Assembly (NCBI GenBank): GCA_044338255.1
Contig: JBIILZ010000005.1
Span: 2,718 to 66,717, forward strand
Origin: Planctomycetota bacterium
GTDB lineage: Bacteria > Planctomycetota > UBA11346
DNA length: 64,000 bases
Reading direction: 5' to 3'
Shown one piece after another: positions 37,578 to 45,337 of the stretch. Numbering within the stretch: the stretch's first letter is position 1; each line of letters begins with the position of its first letter. Position numbers and translations under genes: made by a program. The notes below the pieces were generated by a model. That model was not told where the DNA came from. It saw only the letters and a list, made by a program, of their open reading frames with translations, and made no database searches.

Positions 37578-39557
37578 ATGTCAGCCGTCACTCCTTGCCG
37601 TGCCCTGGTTTCTGAGCGCTTCCCGGTGGCCTCGTTCGTGGTCGAAGTACCTCCCGAACGATGCTTCGAATTGGCCTGCGCCACCGACCCCGCGCTGTTC
37701 CATCCCACCAATCAACCGCAACGCACCGCCAAGAATTTCTGGACCAGCCGCTTCGGCGGTCTGATGCGTGCGCCGGCGGGAAGGGCGACCTACCTGCTGC
37801 CGCCTGAGCAGCTGCGCCATTTCGCCGGTGCGCCGCGCCTGTACTACGCGCTCGGAACCTATGGCGGTGTCAACGGCGAACGGCCACAGTTCTCGATCCA
37901 GGCAAGTCAGCCCGAACGTATTCCTTACATCCGCATCGCCCCTGATTTTACCGGTCGTTCGCTCGATCGTCGGCGATTGGAGGGGGTCGCGGTCGGTGAC
38001 AACCGCTATGGTCGCAAGGCCCACGATCTGGTTTGGGGCGGCGATCTCCTCGAACGCGCGGCTCCCGCGCATAGTTGGCGTGGAGCTCCTGGCGATGGCG
38101 CTGCCGATGGTGCCACTGCTGATGGTGCCACTGCTGATGGTGCCACAGCGGTGCTGCTGGCACCCGCGCCGAGCGTGCGGTCTCCCGTAGCGTCGCCCGA
38201 TCTGCTCTTGGCCGATGAACCGAGCGGCTGCGAACATCCGGATGAATTAGCGACCAGCGCTCATTCCCCCGTGGCCCTCGATGTCGACGACGGCCAAGAG
38301 CCTTATGGCCGCCAACGCAGTCCACGACGGACGTCGTCTGCGCCACAGTTTTCCGCGCCACAGGCAACGCCCCGTGCTGCCCGCCCCGCCGCGCGTGCGC
38401 CTGCCGCGTATGGCCGCCGCGGCACGCGCTATGGATCAGCTGACGAGGAGACGTCCGAGAGCGTCACCGCCTGGGCCGAGCACGATCCCGATTTCAGCGA
38501 TGACGATGATGGCCATGCCACCCATGACGATGACGCTCAGCCAGTCCTGGGTTCGGCCGGCCGCAAGGTGGCCCGCCAACTGGCGGCGAGCGAACTCGAC
38601 CTTGCCGAAAAATTCCGCATCGTGCAGCTGGTCGCGGAATTTGAGTCGGGTTTGCAGACCGGTGATCTCGATCAGCCGCAACGCCGGGCCCGAGCCTATG
38701 GCGCGATCAACGCCAATACCGATGGTGCCGGTCTCTCTTGGGGCCTGATCCAATTCACCCAGAGCGGCGGCGCCCTCGGCGACGTCCTGCACGCCGCCGA
38801 GCAGCGCGATCCGGAGCAGTTCGCGGTGATCTTCGGTGCCGACAGCCAGGCTCTTCTGGCGACCACCGGCGCGGCTACCAGCAACGAACGCATGCAGCCG
38901 GTGGCGGGTGCTAATCTCTGGGAAGCGCCATGGGTCGCGCGTTTCCGCGCCGCTGGCGCCGTCGCCGCCTGTCAGGCCGCGCAAAACCAGGTCGCCATCG
39001 AACGCTACTTCGATCCGTTGCTGGCCTTCGCCGGCCGGCTGGGGTTCGATAGCGAACGGGCCCTGGCGATGCTCTATGATCGCGGCGTGCAGCAGGGCCT
39101 CGGCCGGGGACCGGCGTGGATCATGGCCGCCGCCGGTCCGATCCGTTCCGAGCGCAACGATCTGCCACGGGCCTTGCTGGCGCTCGGCCATGCCGATCTG
39201 CGTGCCTTCCAGCGCAGCGTGCCGGGCCTCACCGTCGATGGCCGTTTTGGCGCCAAATCGCATGCCGCCCTGACCGCCGCCTTGCGCGACCTGGGCAGCG
39301 CGTCGCCCTTCACCGTCAGCTCACGCGATGAGATGCTGACGATGATGGTCGCCGCCGCCGCCGACGAAGCTCAGGCCGCGGACAGCGCTCTCGCCGAGGC
39401 GCAGACCGCCCTCGCGGCCGCGCCGCAGCGCCAGGACTTGATCGCAGCCCGCGATCAGGCCCGCCGCACGCAGGTGTGGAAGCAGGCGCGCGCGCAGCGC
39501 CTGGATCAGCTGCGGCATAGTCAGGTGGTCACCGACACGCTCTATACCTGGGCCTGA
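37578..39557 (+). CDS. Cluster gene 1: unknown N-domain, acidic/disordered linker, GH46 (chitosanase/lysozyme-superfamily)-like domain, PG_binding_1 domain and a coiled-coil tail. No signal peptide.
   Basis: SD gagga lies 7 nt upstream of the ATG at 37578. ..VAEFESG..AYGAINANTDGAGLSWGLIQFTQSGGALGDVL.. resembles the GH46 catalytic region. ..FQRSVPGLTVDGRFGAKSHAALTAAL.. matches the PG_binding_1 pattern. Confidence 0.5.
   Translation: MSAVTPCRALVSERFPVASFVVEVPPERCFELACATDPALFHPTNQPQRTAKNFWTSRFGGLMRAPAGRATYLLPPEQLRHFAGAPRLYYALGTYGGVNGERPQFSIQASQPERIPYIRIAPDFTGRSLDRRRLEGVAVGDNRYGRKAHDLVWGGDLLERAAPAHSWRGAPGDGAADGATADGATADGATAVLLAPAPSVRSPVASPDLLLADEPSGCEHPDELATSAHSPVALDVDDGQEPYGRQRSPRRTSSAPQFSAPQATPRAARPAARAPAAYGRRGTRYGSADEETSESVTAWAEHDPDFSDDDDGHATHDDDAQPVLGSAGRKVARQLAASELDLAEKFRIVQLVAEFESGLQTGDLDQPQRRARAYGAINANTDGAGLSWGLIQFTQSGGALGDVLHAAEQRDPEQFAVIFGADSQALLATTGAATSNERMQPVAGANLWEAPWVARFRAAGAVAACQAAQNQVAIERYFDPLLAFAGRLGFDSERALAMLYDRGVQQGLGRGPAWIMAAAGPIRSERNDLPRALLALGHADLRAFQRSVPGLTVDGRFGAKSHAALTAALRDLGSASPFTVSSRDEMLTMMVAAAADEAQAADSALAEAQTALAAAPQRQDLIAARDQARRTQVWKQARAQRLDQLRHSQVVTDTLYTWA
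38094..38150 (+). repeat. In-frame 12/15-bp tandem repeat (DGAA DGATA DGATA DGATA) in cluster gene 1
   Basis: gatggtgccactgct units read directly. Confidence 0.95.
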
Positions 39558-39560
39558 TCC

Positions 39561-40820
39561 ATGGCTGACGCGCCTCATCTGGCCTTGGCGGCCTTGTCGC
39601 AGTTGGAGCGCAGCGCCGAACGGCTGGCGCCCAATGAACGCGCGGGATTCCGTCGGCAGCTGCAGACCATCGCCACGGTCCTCGGTGGGCACGCGGCGCC
39701 GCGGGCCACCGCCCAAGCGGCACGTGATCCGTATGCGGCGCTCTTGACCCCGGACTTGATGGTTCCGGGACGAGCTGTTCCGGCAGGAGCAGTTCCGGCA
39801 GGAGCATTCCCGGCACGCGCGGCGCACGCCGGCGCCCTCGGCACGCCGCTGGATCTGGAGGCCGAGCTCGGGAGGCAGGGCGGATCCGCTGCATCAGGCG
39901 GCGATGAGCGCGGTCCGGAACAGGCCGCGGGTACATTGCCGGCAATGGGTCCCGCTCCGGCATCCGCCGCTCCAGCGGCAAAACGCCCGGATGCCACCGA
40001 GATCATCGGCCAACGCGTCGCCACCGCCCTCGAGGCCGTGGCCTTCACCGACTTCGTCGCGGGGTTGGTGCGCGGGACCTTCCAGGCCATTGTCGACGCC
40101 ACCGCCCAGCAGATGCGCGAGTATGCCGACCTGGTGGCGAACATCTCGCGTTCGGCGGATTCGTTCACGCGCGACAACGTCACCGTGGAGCAGGCCCGGC
40201 TGTGGCTGTCGAATCGTCATGCGCTGGACCTCTACGTCGCCGTGCCGCAACCCGGCCGCGGCGGTACGCCGACCCTCTGCGTGCAGGCGCGCAGCGTCGG
40301 GCAATCGCCGGAATGGTTGGATCAGTACCAGTTGAGCGGCGCTGAGCTGAACAACGAATTGAGCGAAGGTCCGCTGCTGGCGGCGGGGCGGGCCAAGCTC
40401 GGTGAAGAGCGCTTGCAGAACCTCGCCTCGATGGTGCTGATGGGCTTGAACCGGGTGGTGGTCAAAGACGGCGAAATCGCCGCCAAGCTGCAGTTCCATG
40501 CCACGGCCCAGGATCGCAGCGCGGCGGAAGTCGCGGTCGAGAATCGTGGTCAGCAGGGCAACATTGCCCAGCGCCAGACCGAGATGAGCGCCCAGGCCAT
40601 AACCATGGTCTCGACCAACAAGGCCAACGCCCAGTCGGATGCCAACATCCGCGCCGATCTGATGGGCGAAGTGCGCATAAAATTCGCCACCGAGACCTTC
40701 AACCTCAATCAATTCGCCGACACCCAGGCGATCCAGCTGATCTCCCAGCACGCCCGCTGGCGCGGCGATGTGCCCGCCGCCGCCCCGGCCACGCCACCGC
40801 CGGCTCCTGGAAACGGCTGA
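39561..40820 (+). CDS. Cluster paralogue A (419 aa) of an unrecognised family
   Basis: Shares three blocks with ORFs at 46488, 47793, 48929 and 51093: FTDFVAGLVRGTFQAIVDA.., ..ASMVLMGLNRVVVKDGEIAAKLQF.., ..LMGEVRIKFATETFNLNQF. Starts 3 nt after gene 1. Confidence 0.8.
   Translation: MADAPHLALAALSQLERSAERLAPNERAGFRRQLQTIATVLGGHAAPRATAQAARDPYAALLTPDLMVPGRAVPAGAVPAGAFPARAAHAGALGTPLDLEAELGRQGGSAASGGDERGPEQAAGTLPAMGPAPASAAPAAKRPDATEIIGQRVATALEAVAFTDFVAGLVRGTFQAIVDATAQQMREYADLVANISRSADSFTRDNVTVEQARLWLSNRHALDLYVAVPQPGRGGTPTLCVQARSVGQSPEWLDQYQLSGAELNNELSEGPLLAAGRAKLGEERLQNLASMVLMGLNRVVVKDGEIAAKLQFHATAQDRSAAEVAVENRGQQGNIAQRQTEMSAQAITMVSTNKANAQSDANIRADLMGEVRIKFATETFNLNQFADTQAIQLISQHARWRGDVPAAAPATPPPAPGNG
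39774..39818 (+). repeat. In-frame 15-bp tandem repeat x3 (AVPAG AVPAG AFPAR) in paralogue A
   Basis: Read directly. Confidence 0.95.
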
Positions 40821-41065
40821 TGCAGACGCTCGAACAGTTCCTGGTCGTTTTGGCCGAGGCGGTGATGGCGAGCGCCGAGCACGCCACGTTGCGCGTCAGC
40901 GTCACCGACGCCGATCTCACGGTTCCGATCGAGACTCGCGCCAATCGCCACGGCGATCTGTGCGCGAGCATGCCGCGTAGCCGGCTGATCACCGGCTTCG
41001 CGCCCGTCACCAGCCGGCTGCATGCGGTGTTCGTGCGCGACGATCACGACGAGGTGGCGCCGTGA
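40820..41065 (+). CDS. 81-aa protein, possible insert-free mini-version of the paralogue core
   Basis: High GC3. The start overlaps the paralogue A stop (TGATG). LEQFLVVLAEAVMASAEHA + TLRVSVTDADLTVPIE + SRLHAVFVRDD mirror blocks 1-3. Confidence 0.6.
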   Translation: MQTLEQFLVVLAEAVMASAEHATLRVSVTDADLTVPIETRANRHGDLCASMPRSRLITGFAPVTSRLHAVFVRDDHDEVAP

Positions 41066-41964
41066 ATCCGCAACGTCCAGCGGCGACGCCGTCGGTGCCG
41101 ATCGAGGATTTCCTGCAATCGCTCGGCTCGCAGCTCGATCGCGCCCAGGATTCGCTGGCTCTCAAGGTCCGCGCCGGACGGCGTCTGACCTGGGCGTTGA
41201 AGGACATCTCGCTCGATCTGCAGGTCTTCGTCGAGCATGACCCGCGCGGGCGCGTCACTTGGCGCCACGCCGGTCCCAATGAGCAGGGGGCCAGCCGCAT
41301 CAATCTGACCTTCACCACCATCACCAAGCCGATGGTCGAGGAGAACACCAGCGAGCTCGAAGAGGATCCGCGCGGGATCGATGATATCCGCCTTCAAGCC
41401 AAGCTCAGCGAGGCTGATACTCGGCAGTTGGAATGGATGGGCATCCGCACCGTCGGCCAGTTCCGCCGATTGTCGCAGGATACCGATGCACGAGCAGTGC
41501 AGGCGGTCTCGGGCATCCCCGTCGATCGCCTGACGGCCCTGCTGCAGGCCTCAGCGCAGCCGATGGTCAGCCGCAGCGAGATCACCGCCGATCACGACGG
41601 CACGCCCCTGGTGCGCCTGTACGGCGCCAATCTGAGCGACGGCAGCCACCCGGAAGTCCGCCTCAACGGCGAAGCCATGGAGGTCGTCGAATCCCGTCCG
41701 CATCGTCTGGTCGTGCGGCCCATGGCCCATCATCGCGATGGACCGGTCGAAGTTCTCTGCGCCGCCGGCCGCGCGAGCGGCTTCATGCGCCTACCGACGC
41801 TCCCGGTAAGCGCGGAAATACCGGCAACGCCCGTGGTTCTTGCCTCCGTCGCGGTTCCCGCAGCTGTTCCTGCAGCTGTTCCCGCAGCTGTTCCCGCAGC
41901 TGTTCCCGCAGCTGTTCCTGCAGCTGTTCCCGCAGCTGTTCTCCCAGCCAGGGTGAGCCCATGA
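41062..41964 (+). CDS. 300-aa protein: mini-core-like N-terminus, HhH-like segment, IPT/TIG-like beta domain, (VPAA)x7 tail
   Basis: The GTG start overlaps the previous stop (GTGA). ..PLVRLYGANLSDGSHPEVRLNGEAMEVVESRPHRLVVRP..GPVEV.. is a TIG-like pattern. Confidence 0.55.
   Translation: MNPQRPAATPSVPIEDFLQSLGSQLDRAQDSLALKVRAGRRLTWALKDISLDLQVFVEHDPRGRVTWRHAGPNEQGASRINLTFTTITKPMVEENTSELEEDPRGIDDIRLQAKLSEADTRQLEWMGIRTVGQFRRLSQDTDARAVQAVSGIPVDRLTALLQASAQPMVSRSEITADHDGTPLVRLYGANLSDGSHPEVRLNGEAMEVVESRPHRLVVRPMAHHRDGPVEVLCAAGRASGFMRLPTLPVSAEIPATPVVLASVAVPAAVPAAVPAAVPAAVPAAVPAAVPAAVLPARVSP
41854..41940 (+). repeat. In-frame 12-bp tandem repeat x7 (VPAA) at the C-terminus of the TIG-domain protein
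   Basis: gttcc(c/t)gcagct units read directly. Confidence 0.95.
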
Positions 41965-43403
41965 ATGGCGCGGTCATCCCCGGCCAGGTGCTGGTGCGCC
42001 TGCGCCCCGGCGTGGCTCTCAGCCACACCCCCAGCCATCGCGATGTGCAGGAGGGCGAACGCATCCACGCCGCCCATCTCGATCATGGTCCGGCGGATGC
42101 CGCCATCCGCCGCCACAGTCCGGCACAGCGCGTCAGTCGCATCCATCAAGCCGCCGGCGCCCTGGGCGTTCCTGGATTTCGTCATCAGGGTTGGAGCCGC
42201 CTCGAACAGCTGCTCGGCCTGCCGCGGATGATGCGCATCGACGTCAGCAACGCCGCATCGCTGCCGCACCTGCTCGAAGATCTGCGCGCCTGCGAGACCG
42301 TCGAATCCGCCGCCCCCAACCGCCTCTGCCGCTTGAAAGTGGTCGCAGAGCAACCGCGCCTGGGCAGCGCCGTCGGCGATCCGTTTGTACGCATCGGCCA
42401 TGCCCGTGCGCGCGCACTCGAACCCGGCGATCCGACGGTGATCATCGGCATCATCGACAGCGGTGTGCGTCTCGACCATCCGGAATTTATCGGCCGCCTG
42501 CGCGCTGGTCTGGATCTCGTCGAAGTCTTCGAGGGCGCGCCCGATGGCATGACCCTGGTCGGTGATATCCGCGATCGCGATCGCATTCCCGAAGACGAAC
42601 AGGGCCACGGCACGGCCTGCGCCGGCCTCATCGGCGCGCGCGGCCTGGGTGTGCCTCCGGGCTTGGCGGGATTCTCGCAACTGCTGCCGATCCGCGTCCT
42701 GGCGGCGGCCCGCGAGATCGGCTCGCCGCCCAATGTGGTCACCGAGGCCATCGGCTCGCTGGCGGACATCGATGCCGGTTTTAAATCGGCGATCGATCTT
42801 GGTGCCCGCGTGCTCAACCTGTCGTTCGGTACGCCGGCCTCGGCGCTCTTGCCGGGCGAGCCGGTACCACACGCCGAGCTGGTGCGCTACGCGTTGGCGC
42901 GCAACTGCCTGCTGATCGCGGCGGCGGGCAATAGCGGCATCGAGGAGCGCTACTTCCCCGCCTGCCTGCCGGGGGTCATCGCCGTCGGTGCCGTCGATGC
43001 CCATGATCATCCGGCCACGTTCAGCACCCGTGGCGAGCACGTTGCCATCTGCGCCCCGGGGACGGCGATCCCAGTGGTCGGCATCAATGGCTATCAGCGC
43101 ATGAGCGGCACCTCGTTCGCCGCGCCTCTGGTCACCGCCGCCTGCGCCCTGCTCGTGGCCCGCGCCGCCCGCCAGAGCTGCTGGCTGCCGGTGAGCGCGG
43201 CGCGTACCGCCCTCTGCCAGAGCGCACGCGCTTTTCCCCAGCCCACCAGCGGGTGCGGGAGCGGTATCCTCGATGTGCCGGCGGCCTTGGCGGCGGTCGA
43301 TGACCTGCTCGCTGATCCGTTGCAGGGTAATCCCACCGACGATGTCGACAGCGAGCTTTCGCCGGAGATGGAGGAGTCGCATGCACCTGCCCTTACCCGT
43401 TGA
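41961..43403 (+). CDS. Subtilisin-like S8 serine protease with an N-terminal pro-region and no signal peptide
   Basis: Catalytic triad contexts IGIIDSGV (Asp), HGTACAGLI (His) and SGTSFAAPLV (Ser). ATGA overlap with the upstream gene. Confidence 0.8.
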   Translation: MNGAVIPGQVLVRLRPGVALSHTPSHRDVQEGERIHAAHLDHGPADAAIRRHSPAQRVSRIHQAAGALGVPGFRHQGWSRLEQLLGLPRMMRIDVSNAASLPHLLEDLRACETVESAAPNRLCRLKVVAEQPRLGSAVGDPFVRIGHARARALEPGDPTVIIGIIDSGVRLDHPEFIGRLRAGLDLVEVFEGAPDGMTLVGDIRDRDRIPEDEQGHGTACAGLIGARGLGVPPGLAGFSQLLPIRVLAAAREIGSPPNVVTEAIGSLADIDAGFKSAIDLGARVLNLSFGTPASALLPGEPVPHAELVRYALARNCLLIAAAGNSGIEERYFPACLPGVIAVGAVDAHDHPATFSTRGEHVAICAPGTAIPVVGINGYQRMSGTSFAAPLVTAACALLVARAARQSCWLPVSAARTALCQSARAFPQPTSGCGSGILDVPAALAAVDDLLADPLQGNPTDDVDSELSPEMEESHAPALTR

Positions 43404-43498
43404 GAACAGGCTGATGCGGTCCAGCCGAGTGGGCGGGGTCGAATCCGGATGCACGGGGCCGCCAGGCCCACTTGGCCCATGCCGTCGTCGGGCTCCCC

Positions 43499-43514
43499 CG
43501 GCTGCAACGTTGCC
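43499..43514 (+). promoter_or_regulatory. Candidate sigma-54 (-24/-12) promoter for the second cluster operon
   Basis: cGGCtgcaacgTTGCc has GG at 43500-43501 and GC at 43512-43513 with the canonical spacing of TGGCAC-N5-TTGC. It lies about 97 nt upstream of the ATG at 43611 and downstream of a sigma-54 activator gene. Confidence 0.35.
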
Positions 43515-43520
43515 GACGCC

Positions 43521-43553
43521 GTCGCAAAAGTCGCAAAAGTTGCAAAAGTTGCC
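43521..43553. repeat. 9-bp tandem repeat x3.6 (gt[c/t]gcaaaa) in the inter-operon spacer
   Basis: Read directly. It lies immediately downstream of the candidate -12 element. Confidence 0.95.
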
Positions 43554-43610
43554 TTCCACTCTCGTCAACGCTCTCTCATCCACTGCCACTTTGCCCAGGA
43601 GTACCTTTTC

Positions 43611-45311
43611 ATGACCACCTGCGAGATCTACCCGGACCTGTACAAGAAACCGCCACTCAAGAACAGCGTCAGCCCTGACGAACTGGCAGTGGTCTACAAC
43701 AGCAACTTCCAGCGTCTGCGCCTGGCGCATGCCGTCGATTATGTTCTCAGCCAGAGCTTCAAGCTCGCCTGGAGCATCAAGGACGACTTCCTCAAGGATG
43801 CCATGGTCAAGGTCACCGCCGCTGACCCCAACCGCGATCAGCGGATCTTCTTTGTCTCGGTGCTCGGCCTGCTGCTCGCCAACAACATCTCCGATCCTTC
43901 GCTGGGCACGCAGCCGGCGTGGGCGGTGATCCGCTCAGCGGATGCCAGCAAGCGCAATATCACCTTGTCGGCGCCGCCGCCGGCGAACATCGATGGTGGT
44001 AGCAATCAGATCATCGTCCGCAATTTCCTGCTCCTCGATGAAGCCACTCTTGATGCTCACCAGCACAAGCAGCGTGTGGTCCTGGTCCGCCGCTTCGTCG
44101 ATTCGGTGGTCGATGCGGTCAAGGAGTTCCAGGATGCCACGGCGCTCTTCACCAAGGTCTTCCTGAGCCTGCGTGAGATCGGCACCAATCCGAGCAGCGA
44201 GGTCGGCCAGCCCGACACCACCACCATCTATCCGCGGCAGGTGGCAGAAGTCACCCGCCAGCTGATGCGGCGCAACGTCAACGCCGAGGATCCGCAGATC
44301 AACCATCTGATCAACGATGCCCTGAGCGTCGCCCTGGGCGGGGGTATCAACTCCGATCCCGGGGCCCGCGACATCGACATCATCGATCTCGATCTCGATC
44401 AGGGCAGCACCGCCGATGTCATCAGCTCCAACGTCCAGGCGCTGGCCGGCATCTACTACGCGGCGCAGCTCGAAGATCTCAAGTTTTTCGCGGTCGCCGA
44501 CAAGATCACCGAGCAGTTCATCAACGGCCTGGTACCGATCACTCGTGGTCCGGCCGGTGGGCGCATCTATGCCTATCACCGCGAGGCCCCCAGCCGCTTC
44601 ACCGAGTTCGAGCGCCGCAGCCTCTACGCGCGGACCTTCGGCCTCGCCCAGGGCTCGGTCGATGAGCACATGCCCAATCGCGAGTTCCAGGACCTCTGGC
44701 TGCGCTTCCTGTCGGCCACCAGCCTCTACAATCGCCAGACGCCGTATCAGCGCACGGCGGTCACCGATCAGCAGCTATTCAAGAGTGCCCGCGATCTGGC
44801 GGTGAACCTCTCCTTGCACGGCTACGCGGTGGCGCATTTCGCGGCCGTCGAATTGCAGCAGCTGGTGCGCGATGTGCACGCCATGCTTTCGGATCCGGAG
44901 ATGGTTGCCGCCTACGGCACCCGCGATGTCTGGCAGCTGGTCGACCGTATCAGCATCATGCATCTCGGCGGATCGGTCAACGGCGTGCGCAATCGGACCC
45001 TCGCGCAATCCGGCGGCCGGATCATCAAATGGCTCGCCGATCACAGCGCCATGCTCTCGAGCGCGATTACGGCCTCGGCGGGTGACGAGTTCCGTCAGCC
45101 GAACCTGGTCAACGATGTCGAACGTTGGCTGGCGGTGAATGGCGTCGTCGACACCACCGTGACCCAGTATGCCGAGCCGGTGATCTCTCAGGCGCAGCCG
45201 ACCATTCCCAATCTCGGCTTCAACGCCGGTGGTTCGATCAATGACGCCTTCAATTCGATGAATGCGATCGCCGGTAATTCGGCACTCAATCAGCCCGCTC
45301 TCACCGCTTGA
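43611..45311 (+). CDS. Cluster protein X (566 aa), unknown. Its C-terminal half is paralogous to the 299-aa protein Y.
   Basis: SD aggag lies 10 nt upstream. No recognisable motif. Shares the ..RFTEFERRSLYARTFG.. region with Y. Confidence 0.75.
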   Translation: MTTCEIYPDLYKKPPLKNSVSPDELAVVYNSNFQRLRLAHAVDYVLSQSFKLAWSIKDDFLKDAMVKVTAADPNRDQRIFFVSVLGLLLANNISDPSLGTQPAWAVIRSADASKRNITLSAPPPANIDGGSNQIIVRNFLLLDEATLDAHQHKQRVVLVRRFVDSVVDAVKEFQDATALFTKVFLSLREIGTNPSSEVGQPDTTTIYPRQVAEVTRQLMRRNVNAEDPQINHLINDALSVALGGGINSDPGARDIDIIDLDLDQGSTADVISSNVQALAGIYYAAQLEDLKFFAVADKITEQFINGLVPITRGPAGGRIYAYHREAPSRFTEFERRSLYARTFGLAQGSVDEHMPNREFQDLWLRFLSATSLYNRQTPYQRTAVTDQQLFKSARDLAVNLSLHGYAVAHFAAVELQQLVRDVHAMLSDPEMVAAYGTRDVWQLVDRISIMHLGGSVNGVRNRTLAQSGGRIIKWLADHSAMLSSAITASAGDEFRQPNLVNDVERWLAVNGVVDTTVTQYAEPVISQAQPTIPNLGFNAGGSINDAFNSMNAIAGNSALNQPALTA

Positions 45312-45337
45312 TCAACCCTCAACGACAAGGACCAGCC

